NCBI GenBank assembly: GCA_050696355.1
Contig: JBOGVD010000085.1
Coordinates: forward strand, 5,113-69,112
DNA from: Actinomycetota bacterium
GTDB taxonomy: Bacteria; Actinomycetota; UBA4738; HRBIN12
DNA length: 64,000 nt
Reading direction: 5' to 3'
Positions 19,167 through 28,154 of this stretch are shown piece after piece (the first letter of the stretch is position 1; the number at the start of each line of letters is the position of its first letter). Under the pieces are notes generated by a model. It was not told the origin of the DNA, ran no database searches, and saw only the letters and a program-made list of their open reading frames with translations. Made by a program: the position numbers and the translations under genes.

Positions 19167-20087
19167 TCAGACGTCGAGGCGCTCCCGGCGGGTCGTCAGG
19201 GAGGCGCCGACGACGACCAGACCCACCCCGGCGACCGCGAACGGGCCGACGTCGTCGTTCCGGAGGAACACGCCGAGCAGCAACGCCACGACCGGGATCA
19301 GGTACGCGACGATCGAGGCCCTCGTCGGTCCGACCCTCCCCACCAGCCTGCCCATCAGCACGAACGCGATGCCGGTGCCGAGCACGCCCACCGCCGCGGT
19401 CGCCAGGAGCGAGGACCAGGCGAACCGCGAGCCGGGCACCGACCAAAGCCCGAGCGGGGCGGTCAGCAGGGTGCCGATCGTGAGGATCCGGGCCATCACG
19501 GGCAACGAGCCGTACTGCTGCTGCAGCGGCGTGGCGATGTTGAACGCGATCCCGTAGCAGATCGTGGCGACGAGGATCAGCACGACGCCGACGACCTGGC
19601 TCCGGCCCTCACCGGCCGCCGAGAGCGCGATCGCGGCGACACCCAGGAACCCCAGCGGGATCCCGATCAGCTGGCGTGACCCAGGCGCTCGCCGGAGCAG
19701 GATCGTCGCGATCACGACGGTGAAGATCGGAGCGGCGCCGTTCAGCATCCCGGCGATCGCCGAGTTCACCGATCCCTGGGCGAGCGGGAAGAGCGTGAAC
19801 GGGATCGCCACCCACGAGATCGAGAGAGCGAGCAGCCGAACCCGGTCCTCCCGTCCGACGGGCGCCCGGGCACCGGGGACGATCCAGAGCGCCGCAGCAC
19901 CGAACAGGATCCGGAGCCACGTGACGAGGCCCGGACGGAACGATCCGAGCCCGATCGCCATGAACAGGAAGGACGACCCCCAGATCGTGCCCACGACCGA
20001 GAACAGCAGCCAGTCCACGGCCGCGAAGGCGCCGCGGTGCGTCCCGTGCGTGGTGGACAGCACCCGAGTTCCCATCGTCTCGAACAA
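19167..20087 (-). CDS. DMT superfamily (EamA-like) transporter
   Basis: About 10 TM helices and a duplicated EamA-like pattern (IWGSSFLFMAIGL). Confidence 0.8.
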   Translation of the reverse strand: MFETMGTRVLSTTHGTHRGAFAAVDWLLFSVVGTIWGSSFLFMAIGLGSFRPGLVTWLRILFGAAALWIVPGARAPVGREDRVRLLALSISWVAIPFTLFPLAQGSVNSAIAGMLNGAAPIFTVVIATILLRRAPGSRQLIGIPLGFLGVAAIALSAAGEGRSQVVGVVLILVATICYGIAFNIATPLQQQYGSLPVMARILTIGTLLTAPLGLWSVPGSRFAWSSLLATAAVGVLGTGIAFVLMGRLVGRVGPTRASIVAYLIPVVALLLGVFLRNDDVGPFAVAGVGLVVVGASLTTRRERLDV

Positions 20088-20096
20088 CGACCAACG

Positions 20097-21107
20097 TCAG
20101 TCGATCGTGAAATAGTCCGGGCCGGCGTAGCGGCCGGTGCGCTCCTTCTCGATCTGCATCAGCACGTCGTTCAGGAGCGACGACGCGCCGATCCGGAAGC
20201 GATCGGGCGACATCCAGTCCGGACCGAGCGTCTCCTGCACCAGGATCAGGTGCTGGATCGCCTGCTTCGCGGTTCGGACGCCGCCGGCGACCTTGATCCC
20301 GACCGGCCGTCCCGTGTCGCGATGGAAGTCGCGGGCCGCCTCGAGCATGCAGAGCGCCACCGGCAGGGTGGCGTTCGTGCCGATCTTGCCCGTCGACGTC
20401 TTGATGAAATCAGCGCCCGCCGCCATCGCGAGGACGCTCGCCTGCCGGACCCGGTCGTAGGACCCGAGCTCACCGGTCTCCAGGATCACCTTCAGGAGCG
20501 CCGGGCCCGCGGCCTCCCGGGCGGCCACCAGCTCCTCGAAGGCCTGCCCGTACCGCCCGCCGAGGAACAGCGAGCGGTTCAGCACGATATCGATCTCGTG
20601 GGCGCCGACCCCCGCCACGCCCCGGATCTCCTGGAGCCGGGCCTCGAGGGGTCCCAGGCCGCTCGGGAAGCCGCCCGCCACACTCGCGACCTTCACACCG
20701 GTGCCGTCGAGCTGCTCGAGGGCCACCGGCACGAGCTGGGGGTAGAGGCAGACCGCCGCCACCGACGGGATCGAGGCGTCGAGCGGGTCCGGCCGGATCG
20801 CCTTGGAGCAGATCGCGACGATCTTGCCGACCGTGTCGCTCCCCTCCAGGGTGGTGAGGTCCATCGACCGGATCGCGAGATCCAGCGCCCAGAGCTTCGC
20901 GTCACGCTTGATCGAGCGCTTCGCGAGGGATGCGGCCCGCTCCTCGAGGCCGACCGCGTCGACCGCGGTCGTGCGGATCGCCATCCGGACCGCCTCGCCC
21001 GCCGCGACCGGGAGCGGCCGGATCGGCTCGATCTGCGCTGCATGGGCCATGTATCGATGGTAGCCGACCGGCCGCGGACGCACGCCGCCGATAGGCTGGG
21101 TGGTCAT
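20097..21107 (-). CDS. deoC: deoxyribose-phosphate aldolase (long actinobacterial form)
   Basis: Motifs DLTTLEG, FIKTSTGK (Schiff-base Lys) and VKVAGGVRT. The start is uncertain: ATG 21107 or ATG 21050. Confidence 0.85.
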   Translation of the reverse strand: MTTQPIGGVRPRPVGYHRYMAHAAQIEPIRPLPVAAGEAVRMAIRTTAVDAVGLEERAASLAKRSIKRDAKLWALDLAIRSMDLTTLEGSDTVGKIVAICSKAIRPDPLDASIPSVAAVCLYPQLVPVALEQLDGTGVKVASVAGGFPSGLGPLEARLQEIRGVAGVGAHEIDIVLNRSLFLGGRYGQAFEELVAAREAAGPALLKVILETGELGSYDRVRQASVLAMAAGADFIKTSTGKIGTNATLPVALCMLEAARDFHRDTGRPVGIKVAGGVRTAKQAIQHLILVQETLGPDWMSPDRFRIGASSLLNDVLMQIEKERTGRYAGPDYFTID

Positions 21108-21456
21108 GGGGATCCCTCGTTCGGCCGCGCTCGCCGTGCTGCTGTGCCTCCCGGCCTGCGGCGGCGACGACGGTGGGACGCCGGAGCCATGCACCGATCC
21201 GGTGCCCGCGACGAGGGTGGAGCTGGCGGACTTCGCGTTCCGCCCCGACTGCCTGTCGGCCGACGCCGGCGCGACGATCACCCTCGACAACACGGGGGAG
21301 GCTCCGCACACGTTCACGGTGGCGGATACGGACATCGACTTCAACCTGGACGCCGGCACGACGGTCGAGGCGAGCCTGTCCGGCCTGGAACCCGGGAGCT
21401 ACGCGGTGACGTGCACCTTCCACCCGCAGATGGAAGCCACCCTCACGATCGGGTGA
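21100..21456 (+). CDS. cupredoxin-like (type 1 blue copper) lipoprotein
   Basis: Lipobox LPAC. Putative Cu ligands are His in APHTF and C-x2-H-x2-M in VTCTFHPQM. Confidence 0.7.
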   Translation: MVMGIPRSAALAVLLCLPACGGDDGGTPEPCTDPVPATRVELADFAFRPDCLSADAGATITLDNTGEAPHTFTVADTDIDFNLDAGTTVEASLSGLEPGSYAVTCTFHPQMEATLTIG

Positions 21457-21459
21457 GGC

Positions 21460-22353
21460 TCAGAACCCGAGACGCTCGAGCGCCTTCGGATCCCGCTGCC
21501 ACTCCTTGACCACCTTCACCCGCAGATCGAGGAAGACCTTGGTCCCGAGGACCAGCTCCATCTCCTCGCGCGCGCGCGAGCCGATCGTGCGGAGGGTCTG
21601 CCCACCCTTGCCGATCACGATGCCCTTCTGCGAATCCCGCTCCACGATCAGCGACGCGTGGACCTTCACCAGCGACTCCCCCACGTCGAGCTCCTCGATC
21701 GTGACGGTGATCGAGTGGGGCAGCTCCTGCCGGGTGACATGGAGCGCCTTCTCCCGGACCATCTCGGCGAGCCGGGTCTCGAGCGGCTGATCCGAGATCG
21801 TGTCCGCGGGATACAGCGGGGGGCCCTCGGGGACGAGGGAGAGGACCAGGTCGCGGAGCAGCCCGACCCCCTTCTCGGCCCTCGCGGACACGGGCACGAT
21901 CTCGTCGTAGGCACCGATCTCGGCCGTCGCCTCGAGCTGGGGCACGACGCCGTGCCCGCTGATCGCGTCGATCTTGTTCACGACGGCGATCTTCGGGCAC
22001 CGGTGGGGACGGACGCGGTGCTCGTAGACGAACCGGTCCCCGGCGCCCACGCCCGCCGCCGCGTCGACCACGTGCAGGATCACGTCCACGCCCTCGACGG
22101 CGTCACCCACGACGTCGTTGAGCCGGGCGCCGAGCTCGGTCCGCGGCCTGTGGAAGCCGGGGGTGTCGGTGAACACGACCTGCGCGTCCTCCGTCGTCAG
22201 CACGGCGTGCAGGCCGCGACGGGTCGTCTGGGGCTTGTCCGAGACGATCGACACCTTGTGGCCGACGAGGGCGTTCACGAGCGTGGACTTCCCCACGTTG
22301 GGGCGCCCCACGACCGCCACGAGCCCAGACCGGGAGATGCCATCGGCGATCAC
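21460..22353 (-). CDS. era: GTPase Era
   Basis: GRPNVGKSTL (G1), DTPG (G3), NKID (G4) and a C-terminal KH domain. GTG 22353 overlaps the cdd stop (GTGA). Confidence 0.92.
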   Translation of the reverse strand: MIADGISRSGLVAVVGRPNVGKSTLVNALVGHKVSIVSDKPQTTRRGLHAVLTTEDAQVVFTDTPGFHRPRTELGARLNDVVGDAVEGVDVILHVVDAAAGVGAGDRFVYEHRVRPHRCPKIAVVNKIDAISGHGVVPQLEATAEIGAYDEIVPVSARAEKGVGLLRDLVLSLVPEGPPLYPADTISDQPLETRLAEMVREKALHVTRQELPHSITVTIEELDVGESLVKVHASLIVERDSQKGIVIGKGGQTLRTIGSRAREEMELVLGTKVFLDLRVKVVKEWQRDPKALERLGF

Positions 22354-22775
22354 CGGAGGTCGTCCGGCCCGAAGGCGTGCGGCAACAGGTCCCCGAGCCG
22401 CCATCGGGCGCGAACACCTCTCGCCGCCTCGGCCATCACGGGGGTATCCGCATCCGCGAACTCCCACAGGACCTGCCGGCAGCCCCCGCATGGCGGGGTC
22501 GGGGTGTCCGCGTCGGTCGTCACCGCCACCGCGAGGACCCGGTGCTGTCCGGACAGGACCAGCGCGGCGACCGCGTTGCGCTCGGCGCAAACCGACAGCG
22601 GATAGCTCGCGTTCTCGATGTTCGCGCCGGGCCAGATCTCGCCGTCCTCGGCGAGCACGGCCGCGCCCACGCGGAACCGGCTGTAGGGGACGTAGGCGCG
22701 GGCCATCGTATCGCGTGCACGCTCCAGCATCCGATCCAGAGCTGCCTCGGCGTCCACCGGAGCCACCTCACTCAT
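22350..22775 (-). CDS. cdd: cytidine deaminase
   Basis: Zinc motifs CAERNA and PCGGCRQ. Confidence 0.9.
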   Translation of the reverse strand: MSEVAPVDAEAALDRMLERARDTMARAYVPYSRFRVGAAVLAEDGEIWPGANIENASYPLSVCAERNAVAALVLSGQHRVLAVAVTTDADTPTPPCGGCRQVLWEFADADTPVMAEAARGVRARWRLGDLLPHAFGPDDLR

Positions 22776-24036
22776 CGGTGGTCTCCGGACCCTCGCCGTT
22801 CCGATCCGGCGCTCGGGTGATGAGCACGCTCGCGATCCGGCGACCCTGGACCTTGTCGGCTTTCAGGTGCAGCCCGCGGAACGCGACCGCCTCGCCGGCT
22901 TCCGGCATGCGGCCGAACAGGTCGAGCATCAGCCCGGCCACGGTGTCCCACTCCTCGTCCGGCAGCTCCGCGCGCAGCAGCTCGTTCACGTCGTCGATCG
23001 AGGCCTTCCCGGAGACCCGATAGGTCCCGTCGCCGAGCTCCAGCACCTCCGGCTCCTCCAGGTCGTACTCGTCGGCGATCTCGCCGACGAGCTCCTCCAG
23101 CAGATCCTCGAGCGCGACGATGCCGGTGACGGAGCCGTGCTCGTCGTAGACGAGCGCCTGGTGGAACTTCTCCCGCTGCATCTCCTTCAAGAGCTCGGCC
23201 ACGCGCTTGGTTTCCGGCACGAAGCGCGCCTGCCGCGCGATCTCGGACAACGGAGTGTCGCGCTTGCCCTGATGCAGCGCCTTCAGGACATCCTTCGCGA
23301 ACACCACACCCTTCACCTCGTCGAGCGACTCGTGGAAGACGGGGACCCGCGAGAACCCGTGCGACAGGACCAGCGCCTGGACGTCGCGGAGCGTCTTGTC
23401 GTCCTCGACCGCGACGATGTCCGGGCGCGGCACCATGACCTCGCGCACGATCGTGTCGCCGAACTCGAAGATCGAGTGGATCAGCTCCTTCTCGCCCTCG
23501 TCGATCGACCCCTCCTCGGAGCCGACCTCGGCCATCGACCGGATCTCCTCCTCCGAGACGAACGGGCCCTGTTTCAACCCCTTGCCGGGCAGGAGGACGT
23601 TCGCCAGGCCGATCAGGATCCGGGTCGGCGCGGCGAGCAGCCGGCCGAGGAACCAGACGATCGGCGACAGCGTGAGCGCCACGCGGTCCGTGTGCAGGAC
23701 CGCGAACGTCTTCGCCATCGCCTCGACGACGACGAAGTACAGGAGCGTGAAGACGAACGACACGACCGCCACCCACGTGTCCCGGAAGCGTTGCTCGGCC
23801 AGGATCGCGACGAGGATCGCCGACCCGTTCTGCACGAACATCACGGTGAGGTACACGGCGTTCAGGTAGCGAGGTGGATCCGACTCGATCTGGACGAGCG
23901 TCTCCGCGTTGCGTCGCCCCTCCTCCTGGAGCGCGAGCGCGCGGACGCGAGACATCCGCGTGAGGGACGCCTCCGCCGCGGCGAGCACGGAACCGAAGAC
24001 CACGAGCGCGAGCGCCACGAACCAGAGCCAGTTCAT
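22768..24036 (-). CDS. CNNM/hemolysin-family transporter (DUF21-CBS pair-CorC_HlyC)
   Basis: N-terminal DUF21 TM region, CBS pair, and a C-terminal CorC domain (YRVSGKASIDDVNELL). ATG 24036 overlaps the ybeY stop (ATGA). Confidence 0.85.
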   Translation of the reverse strand: MNWLWFVALALVVFGSVLAAAEASLTRMSRVRALALQEEGRRNAETLVQIESDPPRYLNAVYLTVMFVQNGSAILVAILAEQRFRDTWVAVVSFVFTLLYFVVVEAMAKTFAVLHTDRVALTLSPIVWFLGRLLAAPTRILIGLANVLLPGKGLKQGPFVSEEEIRSMAEVGSEEGSIDEGEKELIHSIFEFGDTIVREVMVPRPDIVAVEDDKTLRDVQALVLSHGFSRVPVFHESLDEVKGVVFAKDVLKALHQGKRDTPLSEIARQARFVPETKRVAELLKEMQREKFHQALVYDEHGSVTGIVALEDLLEELVGEIADEYDLEEPEVLELGDGTYRVSGKASIDDVNELLRAELPDEEWDTVAGLMLDLFGRMPEAGEAVAFRGLHLKADKVQGRRIASVLITRAPDRNGEGPETTDE

Positions 24037-24488
24037 GGCGTTCGCACCCCGCTGTAGCGCTCCTGCCGCTCCCACATCCGCGCGCGGTCGCCGTCCTCCT
24101 CGTGGTCGTAGCCCAGGAGGTGCAGGATCCCGTGGACGAGCAGGAGCCGGAGCTCCGCTGCCGGGTCCGCCGGGTTGTTGCGCTCGGCCTCCGCGGGCGC
24201 CACGACCACATCGCCGAGGAGGCGCACCCCTTCTCGTCCCTCGTCGACATCCTCCAGCGGGAACGACAACACGTCGGTGGGACCGGGCTCGTCCATGAAC
24301 CGTTCGTGCAGGTCCGCGATCTCCGCCGCTCGCACGAACGACACCGAGAGCTCCGCGCGATCGACGCCTTCAGCCTGAAGCGTCTCCTCCGCGAGCGCGC
24401 GCAGGCCGTCCAGGTCCAACGGGCCGTCCTGGCGGTCGGAGATCAGGACGCGGGGCCGGGAACCGGCCGGATGTCCGTCCTCCATCAT
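24033..24488 (-). CDS. ybeY: rRNA maturation endoribonuclease YbeY
   Basis: HGILHLLGYDH zinc motif. ATG 24488 overlaps the phoH stop (ATGA). Confidence 0.9.
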   Translation of the reverse strand: MMEDGHPAGSRPRVLISDRQDGPLDLDGLRALAEETLQAEGVDRAELSVSFVRAAEIADLHERFMDEPGPTDVLSFPLEDVDEGREGVRLLGDVVVAPAEAERNNPADPAAELRLLLVHGILHLLGYDHEEDGDRARMWERQERYSGVRTP

Positions 24489-26569
24489 CCGTCCATCCCG
24501 AGGCGCTGCTGACCGTAGCGGTCGTAGGCCGCGACGATCTCCTGGACGATCTTGTGCCGCACGACGTCGCGCCCGCCGAGCCGGCAGAACGAGATCCCGG
24601 TGATCCCGGACAGGATCTCCTCGATCACGAGGAGTCCGGAGCGCTGCCCCGTGGCGAGGTCGACCTGCGTGTCGTCGCCGTTCACGACCGCCTTGGACCC
24701 GAACCCGATCCTCGTGAGGAACATCTTCATCTGCTCGGGGGTCGTGTTCTGGGCCTCGTCGAGGATGATGAACGCATCGTTCAACGTGTTGTGCGTCACG
24801 AGGAAGTCGTCCGTCACATAGAGGGAGTCCTGAGCCCCTACCTGGATGCACACGGTGTCTGCCTCACCCGCGGGCTCGATGCGATCGACGAAACGCATCG
24901 GCCGGCCGCCGCCGCCGAACGCAACGTACGTTGCCGACTTGCGGGTGAGCCGGAACGGTGCGACGTGCGCCGGAAGCCGGATGTCGAGCACGAACGCGTC
25001 GTTGCGGAAATGGACCGGACGGCCACCGGCTCGCCCGGGGTGTCGCCCAGCGGCTTCCCGAGTGCGCACGTACGCGATGCCTCCGAGCGATCGCACGAGG
25101 AACAACACGTCGTCGCGAAGCTGCGGCGACGTCGTGCAGTATTGGATGCGGGAAGTGCGACCTGCCTGGGTGACGGGACCGCCATCGGAATCGAGCAGTC
25201 CTTGGAGCACGGCCAGCCGGATCTCCGGCGAATTGTGCAGGTAGATCCATGGAACGAACTTCGTGCTCGAGATCGCGTCGGCGAGCCCGAGGCCGCGGAG
25301 CGCCGCCGTGACCGGGTTCGTCACGATCACGCCGCCCCGTCCGCCGTGCCGCAGCACGAAGTCGTAGCGCCCCCGCTGCACGAGTTCGATGCCGGGGAGC
25401 GCCATCTCGAGCGCCAGCGCCAGCTCGGGATCAGCGGTCGTGAACGACGGTGTCGTCGAGGTCGTGATGCATCCGTCGCCGAGCAGCAGGCCGAGGGCGT
25501 ACGCGTCGAGCGGTACCTCGCGGGGAACGAACTCCACCGGCTTCGAGAGGAGAGGGAGCTCGAACCGTCGTGCGTGAGCCGCACGCAGCCGGCCGAGCAT
25601 CTGTCGCGTCTCGAGAACCCGCGGGCGGCGCCCCACTCGTTTGTCGGCGGCGGTTGACACGGCCCAGAGGTGCTCGCCGCAGCACAGCGTCGTCGCCCCG
25701 TCTTGCGCGACCAGACGGTAGACCGCTCGACGGCTTTGCGGGAAGACGCCCAAGACCGGCGTCGGCAACCCATCCGACCCGATCACGAGATCGCCCACGT
25801 CCAGTTCGCCGATCGGGCGGAACCCGTCGGGCGTGAGCACGTTCCGATCGAGCGGCTGCGCTCGGCCGCGCATGAAGGCGAGTGGGGCGACCTCCACGGT
25901 GCCTCGTTCCATCAGCCGGGAGAGGCTGTCACCTCCGGTCATCTCGAACAGCGCGTCGTAGAGCGGGCGCATGTACGGGTCGATCTTCTCGTAGAGGGTG
26001 CCGGGCAAGAACCCGAGCCGCTCCCCCGCCTCGACGGCAGGGCGCGTGAGGATCAGCCGCGAGACCTGGCGATCCTGCAGCGCGCGCACCGCCGTGGCGA
26101 CCGCGAGGTAGGTCTTGCCGGTGCCGGCCGGTCCGATCGCGAACGTGACGGTCGAGCCGCGCATCGCATCGACGAACCGCTTCTGCCCGACGGTCTTGGG
26201 AGCCACAGAGGTGCCTCGCGCCGTGAGGAGTGTGTCGCCGAGCACGTCGCTCGGGCGCATCCTGGCGGTCGAGTCGCCGCCCGCCTCGTCCTCGAAGCCG
26301 CCCTTGATCAGCTCGATCGTCTGCCCCACCGATGAGTCGGAGAGCTGGTGGCCCTTCTCGAGGAGCGCCAGGAGCTCTTCGAACAACCGAGCGAGCTGCC
26401 CGGCCTCGTGGTCGGGGCCCGTGATCGTGATCTCGTTGCCGCGAACGAGGATGTCGGAGTCAAACGCCGCTTCGATCAGCTTCAGGAAGGCGTCCTGCTG
26501 GCCCAGCAGGGCCACCATCGGCTGGTGGCCGGGAACGAGGATCTTCACTTGCGTGGTGGCGGCTGCCAC
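24485..26569 (-). CDS. phoH: PhoH-like ATPase precursor containing an intein
   Basis: Walker A is GPAGTGKT. The ...LAFMRGR / TLNDAFIILDEAQNTT Walker-B context is split by 358 extra residues. The two exteins total 336 aa, a normal PhoH length. The exact start is uncertain (GTG 26569). Confidence 0.9.
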   Translation of the reverse strand: MAAATTQVKILVPGHQPMVALLGQQDAFLKLIEAAFDSDILVRGNEITITGPDHEAGQLARLFEELLALLEKGHQLSDSSVGQTIELIKGGFEDEAGGDSTARMRPSDVLGDTLLTARGTSVAPKTVGQKRFVDAMRGSTVTFAIGPAGTGKTYLAVATAVRALQDRQVSRLILTRPAVEAGERLGFLPGTLYEKIDPYMRPLYDALFEMTGGDSLSRLMERGTVEVAPLAFMRGRAQPLDRNVLTPDGFRPIGELDVGDLVIGSDGLPTPVLGVFPQSRRAVYRLVAQDGATTLCCGEHLWAVSTAADKRVGRRPRVLETRQMLGRLRAAHARRFELPLLSKPVEFVPREVPLDAYALGLLLGDGCITTSTTPSFTTADPELALALEMALPGIELVQRGRYDFVLRHGGRGGVIVTNPVTAALRGLGLADAISSTKFVPWIYLHNSPEIRLAVLQGLLDSDGGPVTQAGRTSRIQYCTTSPQLRDDVLFLVRSLGGIAYVRTREAAGRHPGRAGGRPVHFRNDAFVLDIRLPAHVAPFRLTRKSATYVAFGGGGRPMRFVDRIEPAGEADTVCIQVGAQDSLYVTDDFLVTHNTLNDAFIILDEAQNTTPEQMKMFLTRIGFGSKAVVNGDDTQVDLATGQRSGLLVIEEILSGITGISFCRLGGRDVVRHKIVQEIVAAYDRYGQQRLGMDG
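24788..25861 (-). mobile_element. intein (358 aa) with a LAGLIDADG homing-endonuclease domain; Ala1, class-3-like WCT signature
   Basis: It begins AQPLDRNVLTPDG directly after RGR and ends LVTHN directly before TLND. The dodecapeptide motifs are LGLLLGDGC and LQGLLDSDGG. Block B is CCGEHLW, block F is DTVCIQV and block G is FLVTHN/T. Confidence 0.85.
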
Positions 26570-26613
26570 GTGTCGCGCTCTCGGGGGTGACCCCGTTCCT
26601 CCTGTTGTCGAGA

Positions 26614-26635
26614 ACGGGACCCCTCTGGGTCCCGT
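26614..26635 (-). terminator. 9-bp GC-rich hairpin between the HIT gene and phoH
   Basis: acgggaccc-ctct-gggtcccgt, read directly. There is no clear U tract, so its function is uncertain. Confidence 0.3.
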
Positions 26636-26652
26636 GTGCGCATCCTACCGCG

Positions 26653-27021
26653 TTACCCCGGCGGCCAGTGCATCTCCCGGCCGCCCAGCAGATGGAAGTG
26701 GAGGTGGAACACGCTCTGTCCGGCGTTCGCGCCGACGTTGGTCACGAGGCGCCAGCCGGACCCGGCGATCCCCTCTGCCTCCGCGAGCTGCGTCGCGGCC
26801 TGCGCCACGTCGCTCAGCAGGTCACCGTGCCGATCCTCGATCTCGGCGATCGACCGCACGTGCTCCTTGGGGATCAGCAGGATGTGCGTCGGCGCCTGTG
26901 GGTTCCGGTCGCGGAAGGCGACGAGCCGGTCCGACTCGCGCACGATGTCGGCGGGGATCTCGCGCGCGGCGATCTTGCAGAACAGGCACGAGGTGTCTTC
27001 GGTCACGGTGACGTCGGTCAC
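26653..27021 (-). CDS. HIT (histidine triad) family protein
   Basis: HLHFHLLGG histidine triad and an N-terminal CLFCKI. Confidence 0.9.
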   Translation of the reverse strand: MTDVTVTEDTSCLFCKIAAREIPADIVRESDRLVAFRDRNPQAPTHILLIPKEHVRSIAEIEDRHGDLLSDVAQAATQLAEAEGIAGSGWRLVTNVGANAGQSVFHLHFHLLGGREMHWPPG

Positions 27022-27047
27022 AGGCCCCTGAGCCTACCGTCGCAGGG

Positions 27048-28151
27048 TCAGGGACGGTATTCGGGCCGGCGCAGCTCCCGCGGCGAGCCGCCGTTGTTCG
27101 AGGAGGCGTCGCCCCGGAGCTGGGCGAGCCGCTCGAGCAGCGACCGCTCCTCCTTCGACAGGTCCCGCGGCGTGACGAGATGCAGTGTCACGAAGAGGTC
27201 GCCGCGTCCCCGGCGCTGCAGGTGCGGCACCCCCTTGCCCTTGAGGCGGAGGACGGTGCCGGACTCGGTCCCCGGATCGATCCGCAGACGCTCGGGCCCG
27301 TCGAGGGTCTCGATCTCGATCTCGTCGCCGAGGGTCGCCTGCGTGATCGAGACGTCCAGGACACCGTAGAGATCGTGACCCTGCCGCTCGAACGCCTCCG
27401 ACGGCGTCACCTCCACGCCGACGATCAGATCGCCCGGCGGACCATCGGCCACCCCGGCGTTCCCCTGCCCTCCCACGCGGAGATCCATCCCCTCGAGCAC
27501 GCCGGCGGGGACGTCGAAGGCGACCGTCCCCGGCGCGCGCACGCGACCCTCGCCGAGGCACTCGGCACAGCGATCGGGGATCTCCTCGCCCGTGCCGCCG
27601 CACGCCACGCACGGCGCCGCGGTCATCACGGTGCCGAAGATGCTCCGCCGCACGTTCTGCACCTCGCCCGCGCCGCCGCACGCCCGACAGGCGATCGGCG
27701 ACGTGCCGGGCTCGGCGCCGATCCCGTCGCAGCGGGCGCACGCGGCGAGCCGCTCGAGCTCGAGCTCTTGCTCGACGCCGAACACCGACTCGCGGAAGGA
27801 GAGGCGCACCCGGGTGCGGAGGTCCTCCCCGCGTCGCACACGGGACCGGGGGCCGCGCGAGCGGCCGCCGAACCCGGCGCCGAAGAAGACGTCGAACAGG
27901 TCCTGGATGTCGGTGAAGGGCGCGCCCTGCGGTCCGGCGGAGCCGAACTCGTCGTAGCGTCGACGCTTCGCCGGATCGGAAAGGATCTCGTAGGCGCCGG
28001 TGATCTCCTTGAACCGCTCCTGATCGGCGGCATCCGCGTTCACGTCCGGGTGCAGGGTGCGGGCCAGCTTGCGGTAGGCGGCCTTGATCTGGGTAGGCGA
28101 CGCGTCGCGCGACACCCCGAGGATCTCGTACAGGTCCTGGACGGCTGCCAT
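27048..28151 (-). CDS. dnaJ: molecular chaperone DnaJ
   Basis: J domain (DLYEILGV...HPD) and four CxxCxGxG zinc-finger repeats. Confidence 0.95.
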   Translation of the reverse strand: MAAVQDLYEILGVSRDASPTQIKAAYRKLARTLHPDVNADAADQERFKEITGAYEILSDPAKRRRYDEFGSAGPQGAPFTDIQDLFDVFFGAGFGGRSRGPRSRVRRGEDLRTRVRLSFRESVFGVEQELELERLAACARCDGIGAEPGTSPIACRACGGAGEVQNVRRSIFGTVMTAAPCVACGGTGEEIPDRCAECLGEGRVRAPGTVAFDVPAGVLEGMDLRVGGQGNAGVADGPPGDLIVGVEVTPSEAFERQGHDLYGVLDVSITQATLGDEIEIETLDGPERLRIDPGTESGTVLRLKGKGVPHLQRRGRGDLFVTLHLVTPRDLSKEERSLLERLAQLRGDASSNNGGSPRELRRPEYRP

Positions 28152-28154
28152 CGC

